Source: Octopus vulgaris
Taxonomy: Eukaryota
Direction of reading: 5' to 3'
Assembly (NCBI GenBank): GCA_951406725.2
Contig: OX597815.1
Location: forward strand, 131,068,001-131,132,000
DNA length: 64,000 nt
Under the pieces are notes generated by a model. The model was not told the origin of the DNA. It did not search any database and saw only the letters and a program-made list of their open reading frames with translations. Position 1 is the stretch's first letter. The number at the start of each line of letters is the position of its first letter. A program made the translations under genes and the position numbers. Below, one piece after another: positions 13,455 to 27,290 of this stretch.

Positions 13455-14030
13455 TGGGCAATGTAGAAGCTAGGGATAGACGAGTGGTTGGTGGGAGCTG
13501 TACAAGCCATGTATAAGGATGCTCTCAGTAAGGTGAAGTCACCAATAAGTATAGCAAGGAGTTTAGTGTACAAGTAGGTGTCCACCAAGGATCGGTTCTT
13601 AGCCCCCTCTTGTTTATCATGATCCTCCAAGCTATAACCGAGGAATTTAAGACTGGAGGCCCTTGGGAGCTTCTCTATGCTAATGACCTCATTCTTATTA
13701 CTGAATCACTATCAGAAATAGAGAAGAAATTTCTGGTATGAAGCATGGACTGGAATCAAAGGGCCTTAGAGTTAATTTAGCAAAGACTAAAGTCTTGATA
13801 AATAGGAAAACAGATAAATCACAGATCCTTTCAGGGAGATGGCCCTGCTCAGTATGTAAAAAAGGTGTCAGAAGAAACTCCATATGGTGTAATCAGCTAT
13901 GGACACATAAGAGGTGCAGTGGTATCACTGGAAGACTTACAGAGAAAGTAGTCTTTACATGTGGCAGATGTGCAGGTACATTAAACATCAGGAATTTATG
14001 AAAAATAGACTCCCTGAAATGCAATGGGAT
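13455..14030 (+). mobile_element. RTE-clade LINE reverse-transcriptase fragment (pseudogene)
   Basis: Translates, with stops and frameshifts, to KLGIDEWLV...QVGVHQGSVLSPLLFI...WELLYANDL...GLRVNLAKTK, followed by the Cys-rich WPCSVCKKGV..NSIWC..WTHKRCSG..FTCGRC segment. Confidence 0.85.
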
Positions 14031-14536
14031 TGAAGGGGATCCCAAGAAAATCTTGAATGTAGGAGAACAGCTGTGTAAACAGCTTTAGAAAATCAAATAA
14101 AGTACCCCTATAAATAGAAAAAAATTGTGCCTTGCAAATTCTGGTTGAGCACTTGTACTATTGAGTTAAATGACTCCTGACAACATATATTGTCCTTTAT
14201 AATGCTAAATAATAGCTTTTTGAAATCTGAGTACTTTTTTATAAACAAACATTGAAGTGTTGAATGGGTGACATGTTTTTAGAAACTAAGAAAGCCTCAA
14301 ATACAGGAGAATAACTATGAAAATAGCTTTAGAAAATTGGCTCTTGACGTCATGCACTGCTTACTTGTTGCTGAAAAATTTATCACTTTGATTTCTGGAT
14401 TTTCATTTGCATGGATACATTACATTACTTTATATTGTAATTGATTAATATGTAGACTGATAGCCAATTCCAAATGGGGAGCTTACTGTGATATTGCATG
14501 ATTCTCTGAATCCATATATATACATATATATATATA

Positions 14537-14858
14537 TGGCACGTAAAAAGCACCATCCAAATCGTGGCCGAAGCCAGTGCCGCCTCGACTGGCTTCCGTG
14601 CAGGTGGCACGTAAAATGCACCAATCTGACCGTGGCCGATGCCAGCCTCGCCTGGCTCCAGTGCAGGTGGCACGTAAAAAGCACCCACTACACTCACTGA
14701 GTGGTTGGCATTAGGAAGGGCATCCAGCTGTAGAAACATTGCCAGATAAGACCGGAGCCTGGGGCAGCCTTCTGGCTTCCCAGATCCCCGGTCGAACCGT
14801 CCAACCCATGCTAGCATGGAGAACGGACGTTAAACGATGATGATGATGATGATGATGA
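14537..14858 (+). mobile_element. SINE family C, young copy
   Basis: CpG-rich, closely matches the reverse complement of 60660-60960, and ends in ggacgttaaac(gat)n. Confidence 0.9.
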
Positions 14859-15101
14859 TATATATATATATATATATATTTATTTATTTATTTATTTATA
14901 AACCATGCCACAACAGACAATTAAAGGTCTGGACAGCTCCCTGGTGAGTTAGCTCCTGTCAAACTGTCTAACCCTCCCAGCCTGTAAAATAGATGTTAAA
15001 CAACGATGATGATGATGATATATATATATATATAAAATTTTTTTTCATAATAAGATAACAAACCGAGGCTGTGTAGATTTTAGAACATTTATAAATAGAC
15101 G

Positions 15102-15146
15102 GTCTTACGGCTGTTTCTAGGATATTTATGATATCCCTTCAGAGAC
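15102..15146 (-). ncRNA. Degenerate minimal type I hammerhead in a Penelope-like terminal fragment
   Basis: Minus strand: gtct-CTGAAG-ggatat(cataa)atatcc-ta-GAAA-cagccg-TA-agac; stems I and II pair, but the core lacks its final A. Confidence 0.5.
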
Positions 15147-15714
15147 AGTGCGAGAAGATGGTTAAGCAATAGTTAATTTAGATAAGATATGAAATAGAGA
15201 GTGAGGTAGAGGAATGAAAATAGATGTGAGATATGCAGGGATATTGTCTTTGTAGATCCATTATTTAGACAGAATGGTATACATATAAGATTCCAATACC
15301 TTATGAATAAAATCCAATAGTATTTAAAATTGGTCATTCCATGTATAGAGTTTATACACAGTGTTATTGAATCAAGGGTTTTATTTAAAGTGGCCTAAAA
15401 GTAGGGAATGTATTAGTAGGGTCAAATCGAAAAGAGGAAGAGAGGAATAAAGAAAGAGAAAAAAGAGTAAAGAAAGAGAAGAAAATAAGAAGAAAAATAA
15501 TAAAATAATAAAAAATAACGATAAAAGAAGAAAAAACAAGAAGAGAGGAATAAAGAAAAGAAAGAAAAAAGAAAAAGGAAAAATAATGAAAAATATATAT
15601 ATGATGATTGCTTCATCCTGGCAGATGATAGCTGTCCCAGCAACACACTCACCACACCCCATCACACAGCATAATCATTCCAATGACAAACCTTCAGATG
15701 ACTTTTAAAACCAG

Positions 15715-15756
<42 letters not shown>

Positions 15757-17106
15757 ATGTTTTGCAAAATCTATTCACAATACATTAGCAGAGATAGTAT
15801 TAAAAATTTACCAAAGCAAAATTGTGACAGAATGTGAAATAAGAATTTTGTATGCATTTAATGGTAAATGTCCTGAAGAATTCCCCTGTCTATGTATATA
15901 TATGTAGCTAGGTAGTGTGTGTATGCATGTGTCTATGCTTGTGCATATGTGTCAATTTTTGTGTGAGTGTGTAGAAGTACACATGACTTGTACATAATTA
16001 GTAAAGAAGCAAAAGACAGATTTTATCAGTCAGTGGAAAAAACCCTTGTTTATTTGTTATAGATGCTGGAAGCCTAAATATTTAAATTGATAGACAAAAG
16101 ATTACTATCAAGTTGTCTAAAAAAAGGTCTAATAGGAAGTTGATACTGAAACAAAAGTCAATGTTAAAATAAGAAGCTGAATATAAACTAATTTGTCCAT
16201 AAAATGAATACTTGGCATATAGAAATATACTTGGCGTTTTAGAGGAGGAGGAGGAATTGAATGTTGTACTTGCTTGTCTCTGTATGTTTGTATACACAGT
16301 TGTATGTATGTATGTGTGTGTATGAAGTTTATTTGATAAATTGAATGAAAAAACATTGTTTGTTCCTTCAATAGATTTGTTGTATATTTATTGATTTATT
16401 GTGAAACTAACTGAGCTTTGCACCTTACTTAACAGCATACATATCTCAGTTATTTTTAAAAAATCCCAATATCTACAGATGTATTAGTAACATAGCTACT
16501 GCAATTTATGTAGTTCATTGTTAACAGTCTGGCTTAACAGAATCATATCAGGAAGAAGGGAATCATACCAGAATTCTATAAATTCAGTGTATGACTTCAT
16601 ATTCAAATGTTGGTTTCATATATAAATCACAATGTCAACTTGATTTTCTGATACATTGCTTATTGCCAGGAGGTCTGTTTGATTTTGTTAAGAGTATCTT
16701 GGTGTATTGACTCAGTGCTGAATTGCTTGTATCATGGCTTGTAAACATAATGTTTTCTTTTTGCAAAGGCCACAATCCACAATATCCAATATATAGAAAA
16801 TTCTAAGGTTGTTAGTGCAATATGCAACATGCAATATTGATGAACAATCTTTAGCATTTAACTGTTGCATATCAAAGTACACAGAATTGATTAAACAGTT
16901 CTTTGCAGATTAATGAGAAATGAACAAAATGTTATACAACCATTTCACCAGTCACAAGAAAACTATACCCAATCAATTGACAGAACCTATTGTAAAGCTT
17001 AACTCATCTTTCGTTTCTTAAATTAATTTAATTCCAAAGTATCACTGAGTAGAATAATTCATTACTATTTGTAAAATGGTATTGATGGTTATTTCATTAG
17101 ATTTAA

Positions 17107-17326
17107 CCCTTTCGTTACCAACCCAGTTGAAACCAGTTCTGGCTCTGAGTACAAATGTCTTGTTTTCATAAGTTTTGAATTAAAATCTTCCACCAAATCT
17201 TAGTCACAATTTATGTTTCTAACACTAGCTGAATGATAACTGAGTTATTTTACTAAATTCTTTGTTGTATTTAAAGTAATTGAAAGAAACATAAAGCATC
17301 TCAAAATAAATACAGTAATGTAAGGG
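17107..17326. mobile_element. piggyBac-type MITE
   Basis: TTAA|ccctttcgttac...gtaatgtaaggg|TTAA; a second copy lies at 53422-53642. Confidence 0.85.
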
Positions 17327-18136
17327 TTAAAGTAAGGCTGTCAAGTCATCCTGTGGATTGAGTGATGGTGATGAGAAAATCATTCAATATAACCATGGAT
17401 TGAAAAGACCAAGTATTCAATGTATTTTAGGACTGGGTATTCAATGATGCTTCTCCAATCCAATGTGGTTTTCAGAGTGGCACTGAACCATTTGAAAGAC
17501 AATGGTTTTAAATTCTGGCACAAAACCAGCAATTTCCAGTGACGTGGTAAATCATCAATCTTAGGGCTCAACTGGTACTTATTTTATAGATCCCCAAAAT
17601 GATGACAAGCTAAGACGACCTCAGTGGTATTTGAAATCAGAATGGACAAAGCCAGACGAAATACTGCTGAGCATTTTGTTTAGTGCGGTAATAATTCCAA
17701 CTGCTCACCAACTTAACTATATGAAAGATAATAAAAATAGATTTCATTTCCTTGTCACCATGACACTCGTCAGCTCACTCTGAGCTCTGCTGACTGATTG
17801 AATATCTTGAGCCATAATAATTAAGCTGGAAACCCCCTTATTTAGTTATTTGATTTTCAAATAAAACCATCAGATATGCCCTCGAGCTAGCTTTCCACCA
17901 CTCCTCCATTCATTGTGACTTATGCTTTCAAAACTCACTTTCACAATTTTATCCCAGACTTTCACACATGCTAATGTAGTAGATTACCTAAGTAATAAAG
18001 ATTCTATATTATAGATAGCAGGATATATGTGAAGTTCAAAGACTTCAGTTCATGATTTCATGTATCACTTTCAGTTAGTTATGCCTGTGTAGTTATTACA
18101 TTTCTAAGTTTGCTAGCTTCTACTTTATTTCAGATA

Positions 18137-18270
18137 AATGTATGTATGTATGTATGTATGTATGTATGTATGTATGTATGTATGTATGTATGTATGTATG
18201 TATGTATGTATGTATGTATGTATGTATGTATGTATGCATGCATGTATGTATGTATATGCATGTATGTATG
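18137..18270. repeat. (ATGT)n microsatellite
   Basis: Directly visible. Confidence 0.95.
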
Positions 18271-18499
18271 TTTATATACATGTATGTGTACATATATACG
18301 TATATGTGCATTTATATATATATACATTTGTTTACATACATATACATATACATACATACATAAATACAAACATACATACATAAATATAATAGATATAATA
18401 ATAAATATATGATACAGGCAATAACAGATATATGTACTGATGCATATGCACACATACATATATATATATTCATATATATATATTTACATGCTGGTGTTA

Positions 18500-18895
18500 T
18501 GTACCTGGCACCCATGCTGGTGGCATATAAAGAGCATCTTTTGAGCATTGGGCCTCATGGAGGCAAAGTGGCCAAGTTCCTTTTGAGCATTGGGCCACAC
18601 AGAGGCAATGACTGAGACCTTTGGCATTATATCATGCTTGAGAATAAGACCCATCAAGCCAAGCAAAATTGCAGGGGTGGCAGATACTGGTGTCATGCAA
18701 ATGGCACCCATACTGATGGCACGTAAAAAACACCCATTACACTTTTGGAGTGGTTGGGATTATGAAGGGCATACAGCTGTAGAAACCTTGCCAAATCAGA
18801 CTGGAGTCTGGTGTAGCCTTCCAGCTTACCAGCCATGGTCAAACCGTCCAACCCATGCCAGCATGGACAATGGATGTTAAATGATGATGATGATG
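18500..18895 (+). mobile_element. SINE family C, long variant with two 42-bp units
   Basis: Same architecture as 580-1221 with a shorter array. Confidence 0.8.
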
Positions 18896-19502
18896 CAGGG
18901 ATGATGGACGTTAAACGACAATAATATATATATATATATATACATACACATACAAATATCTGTATATATGTGTGTATAAATTTACATACACATACATGCA
19001 TATATGCATATATACACACATGCATACATAAATACATACATACATAAATACATACATACATACATACATAAATACATACATACATAAATACATAAATACG
19101 TACATCATCATCATCATCATCATTTAGCGTCTGCTTTCCATGCTGGCACAGGTTTGACGGTTTGACTGGGGACTGGTGAGCCAGATGGCTGCACCAGGCT
19201 CCAATCTGATCTGGCAGAGTTTCTACAGCTGGATGCTCTTCCTAATGCCAATCACTCCGAGAGTGTAGTGGGTACTTTTACATGCCACCAGCACAAGAGC
19301 CAGTCAGGCAGTACTGGTAATGGCCATGCTCAAAGTGTGTTTTGACATGTCACCTGCATAGGAGCCAGTCCAGTGGCACTGGCAATGCCTTCGCTCGAAT
19401 GTTGCTTTTCACGTACCACCAGCACAAGTACTAGTAAGGCAACACTGGTAATGATCACACCCAAATAGTGCTTTTTACATGTCAACGGCACGGGAGCCAG
19501 TC

Positions 19503-19686
19503 ACATAAATACATACATACATAATATGTACATACATACATAAATACATACATACATATATACATACATACATAAATATATGCATAATATGGACATAAAT
19601 ACATACATAATATATACATAAATACATACGTACATAATTACATACATACATATATACATACATACATAAATACATACATACATACA

Positions 19687-19720
<34 letters not shown>

Positions 19721-19846
19721 CATACATAAATACATACATACATACATACATACATACATACATACATACATACATACATACATACATACATACATACATA
19801 CATACATACATACATACATACATACATACATACATACATACATACA
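19503..19846. repeat. (ACAT)n microsatellite
   Basis: Directly visible. Confidence 0.95.
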
Positions 19847-19849
19847 AGA

Positions 19850-20550
19850 TAATCCTGAGGCCAAAGATATAAGATATAAGAACCTACAGTGTGGCAGAGA
19901 CCATAGCCACTCATAAAATGAAAGAGTAATGGTGGAATGTCTCTGTGAAAAACTCAATAAAATGCACACATAATAGATCAGAGAATGATTTGTGACAGAG
20001 AAGAGAAGCTATATACAGAGGTGGAAATCTGTTGGCCAACAGATGTCAACATAAATTTAAAAATCTGGGAAAAAGAAGCAAAAAAAAAGAAATATGCTGA
20101 ACTATTGAGAACTTTACAGCTACTCTACCCTGATTACAAGTTCATATTTATACCTGTAATTAATGTGACACATCATCATAATCATCATCATCATTTAACG
20201 TCTGTTTTCCATGCTGGCTTGGGTTGGACAGTTTGTCTGAAAACTGGTAAGCTGGGGAGCTGCACCAGGTTCCAATCTGATTTTGGCATGATTTCTACGG
20301 CTGGATGCCCTCCCTAGCACAAACCACTCCGAGAGTGTAGTGAGTGCTTTTAATGTGCCACTGGCACGGGTGCCAGTTATGTAATACTGGCAGTGGCCAC
20401 AACTACACTAGGATATGGAATAAACTGCTTCAGCACAAATCTTGAGAAATCGGAGCTCTCAAAGCCATAAAGAAGAAAACTAATAAGAAGACTACCGATA
20501 CGAATCATCAATGGAACTGTCAAAATATGTCAAACTTTCCAAAAATTAAA
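19850..20550 (+). mobile_element. Restriction-like-endonuclease (R2/R4-group) LINE 3' fragment split by a family C SINE
   Basis: DREEKLYTEVEICWPTDVN...EKEAK..KYAELLRTLQLLYPDYKFIFIPVI, resuming after the SINE (about 20165-20405) with TLGYG...IINGTVKICQTF. Confidence 0.7.
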
Positions 20551-21057
20551 CAGATGAGTATAGAAGCACATGTCTTGACATGCACATATATATGAGTTTA
20601 CATGCATAAAACAAATCATAAAGATCTGCACGTGCACTGATTCCATACTTGCTCACATACATACAATCATGCAAGAACACACTGTTGATGTTGTTGAAAT
20701 TCCAATGAAGGAGCCTTTGGGTCTAGGCTAGAAACTGTTTTCTTTTTTCTCCATTACCAAGAGCTAAATGATAATAACATACACTCATATTTGCTATGCA
20801 TAATTAATTAGTTAACAAAGTGACACACACTACACATTCGATTAATAAATGATATGATAGACGATTGTACCAAGTCAATTGTAAAAATTGAGCTTGAAAA
20901 GGCTAGAGCCAATAAGACTAGTTTACAAATCAACACAGATAGAGAATAGTTAAGGGTAAGTGTTCTCGCTTTCTGATTTCTTTTGAAGTGGTGCTTGTTG
21001 ATTCCCTTTGTAGTGTAACATGGGAATGCACACAATGACAAGCAGATTATTATAATA

Positions 21058-21113
<56 letters not shown>

Positions 21114-21114
<1 letters not shown>

Positions 21115-22320
21115 GCCTTTGCACAGCTTCTAATACTGGAGATGTACTTTGGTGTCAGCTGTTCACTACCAGTGAACTAAAATAACACTGCTTATTTTTC
21201 GAGCACCTTCTGGAGTATTTGAGCAGTTCCAAGCATTGCTGTTTTCTGCAAGTGCTTCACCCTTATTACAGCCCCTATTTGTTCCATCTGCTTCTTGAGA
21301 TTTTTGCTCACTGTTCCCAGGGCTCCAACAATTATTGGTACTATTGCTACCTTTTTCATCGACCATAACAGCTTAACTTTCCAAGCTAACCTGTCATATC
21401 TCTTGACTTTTTTTTCTTCCTTATCGCATACCTTGTTGTCTGCTGGGTATGCTATATCTATTATCCAGCATAGTTTGTTTTCTTTCTCAATTAAGACTAT
21501 GTCTGGCTTCCTATTCTCTATGTCATGGTCGCACTGAATCATAAAATCCCATAGGATCTCTGCATTTTTATTTTTGATGTTGCTTTCAGGTTTGTGGTCG
21601 TACCAACTTTTTGCTCTGTCAAGTCCATACTTGTTGCAAAGTATCCAACAGACAAGCCTGGCTATATTGTCATGGCATTTCATATTCCTTCTGGACTAGT
21701 GGCATACATTGGCTGGTAATATGCCATACAGTTTCACCATTTTGTCTACAGATTCTGCACTTATCAGTTTCTGATGTGTTGTCTATTCTGTATTCTATGT
21801 AGTTTGTTCTTAGTGCTTGCTCTTGGGCAACACAGATTACAGCCTCTGTTTCCGGTTTTCAATCACTTTTAGTCATCCACAGCCATCTTTTTTCTCTGTC
21901 TTATCTTCAACATCCCAATGAAATTGTCCATGCATTCTTTTCTTTACCCATCTATTTTCTGTTTCATTCGTTTTCAATTGCTTGTACACTGCTTTATCTT
22001 TGCAATCTTTCATCCTACACAAGCCTGACCTTCCTACTTCTAATAATAGTGGTTCTGTGGCATTTTTTTCATACCTTGCTATGTTGTTTTCTTCTGCTCT
22101 AATGGTGTGTTCACATCCAACAAGTTCTCTTCCCCTCTTTTTCTTGGTACATACGTCTGTCTGTGTCACTTTTTGGGTGGAGTGACCCATATCTAGTTAG
22201 CAACTTCCTTGTGTTTCTGTCAATTCTGTTTAGTCCATCTACTGTCCATGTGATTACTGCTGCTCCATATCTAAGGAGTGAAACCACCCATGTGTTGATA
22301 TCTTCAATCTTATTTCTTAA
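21114..22320 (-). mobile_element. R4/Dong-like non-LTR retrotransposon, 5'-truncated pseudogene
   Basis: Decayed C-terminal region with ORF 21192-21683 (HDNIA...ILWDFMIQCDH...RKPDIVLI...IIDIA...EEKKVKRY...VPIIVGALG); 3' end runs into (TAA)n at 21046-21114. Confidence 0.85.
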
Positions 22321-22366
22321 ATTTTATTCCATCCGTTGTTGATTGCTTCACTCTTATTCCATCTGT

Positions 22367-22460
22367 ATTCTTCTTCTTCTTCTTCTTCTTCTTCTTCTTC
22401 TTCTTCTTCTTCTTCTTCTTCTTCTTCTTCTTCTTCTTCTTCTTCTTCTTCTTCTTCTTC
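22367..22460. repeat. (TTC)n microsatellite
   Basis: Directly visible; source of the poly-Lys track ORF. Confidence 0.95.
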
Positions 22461-22570
22461 GTATTATTATTATTGCTATTACTATTATTAGTATTATTAT
22501 TATTATTGAATGAGAGAGCAGTGCATGTCATCAAAGTGACACTGGCATGAAATTATTATTATCATCATCA

Positions 22571-22635
<65 letters not shown>

Positions 22636-22637
<2 letters not shown>

Positions 22638-22850
22638 GGTGGCAAGCTGGCAGAATTGTCTGCAAGCCAAGCGAAATGCTTAAGCAGTATTTTGTCTGCT
22701 GCTACATTCTGAGTTCAAATTCCACCAAAGTCAACCTTGCCTTTCATTCTTTCAGGGTAGATGAATTAAGTACCAGTAAAACACTGGGGTTGATGAAATT
22801 GATTGGTCTCCACCTCCAAAAATTCAGGCTTTTTGTCCTTAGTAGAAAGG

Positions 22851-22927
<77 letters not shown>

Positions 22928-23144
22928 GGCAGTGAGCTGACAGAATCATTTGCATGCCAGGCAAAATGCTTAGGGGCATTTTGGCTGTCCTTTCATTCTG
23001 AGTTGAAATGCTATTGAGGTCATCTTTGCCTTTCATCCTTCTGGGATTGATAAAATAATTACCAGCTGAACACTGGGATTGATATAATCAATTGATATAA
23101 TCCCTTGAATTGATATAATCCCTTGAAATTGCAGGCCTTGTGTC

Positions 23145-23179
<35 letters not shown>

Positions 23180-23405
23180 TATTATTATCAAGGCAACAAG
23201 CTCACAGAATTGTTAGCATGCTGGGCAAAATGCTTAGCAGTATTTCGCCTGTTTCTACGTTCTGAGTTCAAATTCCACCGAGGTTGGCTTTACCTTTCAT
23301 CCTTTCAGGGAGCGATAAATTAAGTACCAGTTGCATACTGGAGTCGATCTAATCAAATGGCCTTGTTCCCTCAAATTCCAGGCCTTGTGCCAATAGTAGA
23401 AATAA
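22636..23405 (+). mobile_element. Three same-orientation SINE family B copies separated by (TTA)n/(TCA)n
   Basis: Copies start at about 22636, 22926 and 23190, each aagg(c/t)..gagct..cagaa...gttcaaattcc...ccttgt. Confidence 0.85.
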
Positions 23406-23454
23406 TTCTTCTTCTTCTTCTTCTTCTTCTTACTATTATTATTATAATTATTAG

Positions 23455-23633
23455 TCAGTAGTCTTATCTTTATAACGTGCTTTAACTGTACTACTGAGCA
23501 CAGCTCTGTGTGTCTTGGGTATGTGCTGTGGTTTGCTGTGATACTCTTATGGTTACTGTATTGAAAGTGTTTTACGTAGGATGTGTGCAGTGCCTAGTAG
23601 TGCCATTTTCTGTATGTTATCTATTTCCAGGTC

Positions 23634-23676
<43 letters not shown>

Positions 23677-24720
23677 ATTATCTTGTTGTTTATCACATGA
23701 TTTCACTGCACTACTGAGCACAGCTCTCTGTGCCTTGTGGGTATGTACTGTGGTTTGTTTCAATGTTATTATTTTTATTGTATTGAAAGTGCTTTATGCA
23801 AGATATGTTCAGTGCCTCATAGTGCTATTTTCTGTATGTTATGTATTTTTGTAAGCCCTGGTGTTTTGAATATGCTTTTGACTGCTTTTTTTAATCATAC
23901 CTAATGCACCCTTTATTTTAGGGATTGTTTCTGTTTGTAGGCTCCACATTAGGGTTATCTCTGTTTCCAGAGTTTTGTAGTTCAAGAGGTTCTCTGTTTC
24001 TTTTAGAGATACTTTGTCATCATTTGGGACTGATATGCTGATTAGAAAGCATTCTGTTTTTGGTCATCTCTGACAGCAAGATCTGGTCTGTTAGCCTTGA
24101 TTTCTCTATTCGTACTCCTGCATATCCTAGAGTATGGTTGCTTTGTCATTTTCTGATACTGTTTCTGGGATATGCTTGTATCATTTTTTTCTGTTGTTAT
24201 TCCACAGTGTTGGTGCAGCTTCCAATTTATATATGTCTCAACTCTGTCATATCTGTGAATATTTTCCTTCTTATCCAGGAATGGGCAGCCAGGGACAATA
24301 TGATTTATTGTTTCTTCCCATCGCCACATATTCTCTAGTTACATATTGCATTTTTCTTCATTATGTGGCTTTGCTGGCTTCTAGCTGGGAGTTTGTTCTT
24401 GAGCAGCAATTAAAAACCCTGCAAGCTCTGCTTTGAGACTTGAGCTTCTCAACCAATGTTGAAATTTTACTTTGTCTATTTTCTTTCCTGTGTAGCTTAT
24501 ACCAGTATTTGTCTTGCAAAAGCTTTTCTTGTCATCATTTTATCTGGGTATTTTGTAGTTTCAGTTTTAGCTTAGACTTTAGCTGCTTCATAGATTTTGT
24601 TGATTCTGCTTTGTTTTCATATTTGTCAAATATTATGACCTCTTCAATTATTTGGCTTTCTTGAAGACTGCAAACAGTATTTTTTGTTTTGCTCATGCTT
24701 TATGGCTATTTGTATCAGTT
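23455..24720 (-). mobile_element. R4/Dong-like fragments (short 3' end 23455-23635; longer piece 23675-24720)
   Basis: Both end in a NIQKxALLGTxHILxKxLSIQ*-type C-terminus followed by (TAA)n; the longer piece has ETINHIVPGCP and KANRPDL motifs. Confidence 0.8.
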
Positions 24721-25070
24721 TCCTCATCATCATCATCATCATTGTTGTTTAAAGTCTACTTTCCATGCTGGCATTGGTTGGATGGTTTGACTGAGGACTG
24801 GCAAGCCAGGAGGCTGCATCAGGCTCCAATCTGATTTGGCAAGGTTTCTACATCTGGATGCCCTTCCTAATGCCAACCACTCCGAGAGTGTAGTGGGTGC
24901 TTTTTACATGCCACAGGCATGGGAGCCTGTCAGACAGTACTGGCAATGACCATCAAGTGGCACAGGCATCAACCATCAGGTAGCACTGGCATCAACCCAG
25001 GCGGCACTGGCATCAAACACAGGTGGCACTGGCATTGACCTCAGGTGTCACTGGGCAGCATTAGCATTGA

Positions 25071-25144
<74 letters not shown>

Positions 25145-25289
25145 GTTATGGTATATTCTGTTAAGTACATAGTAGAGCACAGTATCCACCTTTTTATGTG
25201 CCACCAGCACAGGTGCCAATCAGGTAGCACTGGTATTGGCCATGCTCAAGTCAGGTGGCACTGGCATCAGCCACAACTATGATTTCACA

Positions 25290-26520
25290 GTCCTATGGTG
25301 GATATTTTATAGTACTTTTCTAGTTGTATAAGGCCACTACCACTTTTAATTCATTATATATATATATAACCTTTCTATGTGAGATTTTGGATGATGTATT
25401 CTAAACTCCATCATTATTTTACTTGTTTTCCTGTCTAGTTTGGCTTTTTCATTCAATGTCCAATTAAGAATATTGTAACTGTAGCTTATAACTGGGACAG
25501 CTACTGATACCTATTATCTTGTTTTTTGTATTAAGCTCTGTTTTAAGTATTAATCTAACTTGCCTTTAGTTTTCTTTCCTTATCTTCTCTTTCATTTGCT
25601 TATGTTGCACAGTATCTAGTTCATTGATTCCTAAGTATTTGTATGTCTGGGTTTGGTCTAAATCTCTTATTTCCTTTTCTTTACCTAGTGTGATATTATT
25701 ATTCTTAATTAGATTTCCTCTTTTCAAGGTTGCTTTGTCACATTTTTTAAGCTGAATTTCTTTCTCCAGTAAACCTATACACTGTCTGTAGTAATCGTTC
25801 CAGTTGTTTATCATTTGCCGCACACAGCTTGAGATCATCTGTACACAAGAGAGGGTTGATTGTTTTTTCATAGCAGTTATATCCACATCTAGTTCTGTTT
25901 AGCATGGTGGTTAACCCATTAACTCCTAGAGTACTTAAATTTCTGAATATTAGTATTAAATTTTTACAGATGATTGAAAATAGGTTAAAATGAAAAAAAT
26001 TAATTATTAAAACTCCTTTACTTCAAGTAGAAATGGAAATACTCAGTGTCCTATAAAGAGGACACTGAGACAATGTGATATAGCTTATTTAATGTTCTCA
26101 TTTAGTGTCCTGTTTATAGGACAGCGGGACTTAATGGGTTAAAAGTGTCAGTCCAGTCAGAATAGAAGTGGAAAGAGTGTCTTCTAATGGGTATGGCTTT
26201 CGTTCTAATAACTCACTTTTTTGTCTGTAGCAGCAGAAATTGTTTGCAATTTATTCACAAACTGTTTAATGATCCATGTGTGGAGAATACTGTCAAAAGT
26301 CTTTTGGTAATCAATCCCAGTGTGCTTAAACACTTCCTTTTTTCCTTTGCAGTTTTCAGTTATGGCTTTGGTGATCAATGACTGGTTTTTACAGTCATAT
26401 GAGTCTTTGCAGTACCCTTCCGCTCTTCTAGTTATCTGCACATTCTCTGTGATATTATTGCAATTATGGCTTTGTAGGTTGGAAGGAGACATGTTTAGCA
26501 GGTTTGCAGTTTCAGTAGAT
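25290..26520 (-). mobile_element. R4/Dong-like RT fragment interrupted by a MITE
   Basis: IDYQKTFDSILHTW, a PLLF-like motif, LLYTDDLKL and YKYLG on the minus strand; the sequence resumes across the TTAA at 25911/26139. Confidence 0.8.
25915..26138. mobile_element. piggyBac-type MITE (second family)
   Basis: TTAA|cccattaa...ttaatggg|TTAA with internal palindromes agtgtcct..aggacact; inserted cleanly into a LINE fragment. Confidence 0.85.
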
Positions 26521-26619
26521 TTATTATTATTAATATTGTTGCTGTTGTTGTTGTTGTTATTATTATTATTATTATTTTTATTATTATTATTATTGTTCTT
26601 CTTATTCTTGTTATTTTAT

Positions 26620-27290
26620 GTTTAACTTTTGCTTTGCATTTGTACAAGTTGGCTCCAAGTCTCACCAAGAGACCTCAAGGGACAACAAGTTAGAAGTTCA
26701 TGTTAGTGTTATGCCTATTGTGCCATATATTTAGTTTTGTACATAATGTTGTTCTAGAGAACGTTTAAGAAACCATAAGAAAATTATGTGTTTGTTTTAA
26801 AATTTGAGATTACATAGACAGTATTTTACATAGGATATGGGCTGTTCCCACGAGCACTATCTTTTGAATTTCTGCCATTTAGGGGTTTCTTGGTATCTTC
26901 GCTAGGTAGCAATCAGCCTGTTTTACTATCATTCCTAAGGCACCTATGACAAGAGCTATTGTATTAGTCTTCAGGCTCCACATTTTGCTAATTTCTATTT
27001 CAAGATCTTCATACTTGCTCAGTTTTTGGTAGATCTTGACAGATACGTTTATATTGATTCGGACAGTCATATTAATCAGGAGGCATAATTTTTGTCTGAA
27101 GTCTTTCAATATGATGTCTGGCCTATTTGCATCTATCTTTATGTTATTTTGAATGGTGAAGTTCCAGAAGGGTGAGATGTGATCATTTTGAAGCACTAGG
27201 GGTGGTTTGTGTTCCCACCAGTTTTTATCCAGGTTTTGCAAATTACCTAGTGAATATATTGTGCAGCTTTATCTTGCCTGTTGTTGTTGT
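26620..27290 (-). mobile_element. R4/Dong-like 3' fragment
   Basis: ORF 26879-27241 (WWEHKP...ANRPDIIL...KLSKYEDLEIEISKMW...VIGALG), then a C-terminal GTAHILCKILSM* and a (TAA)n tail. Confidence 0.85.

Noticed and set aside
18110-19969. Track ORFs of MYVC/YIYI/HTHT type (also near 2.6, 30.4, 33 and 53 kb)
   Set aside because: They are stop-free translations of microsatellites.
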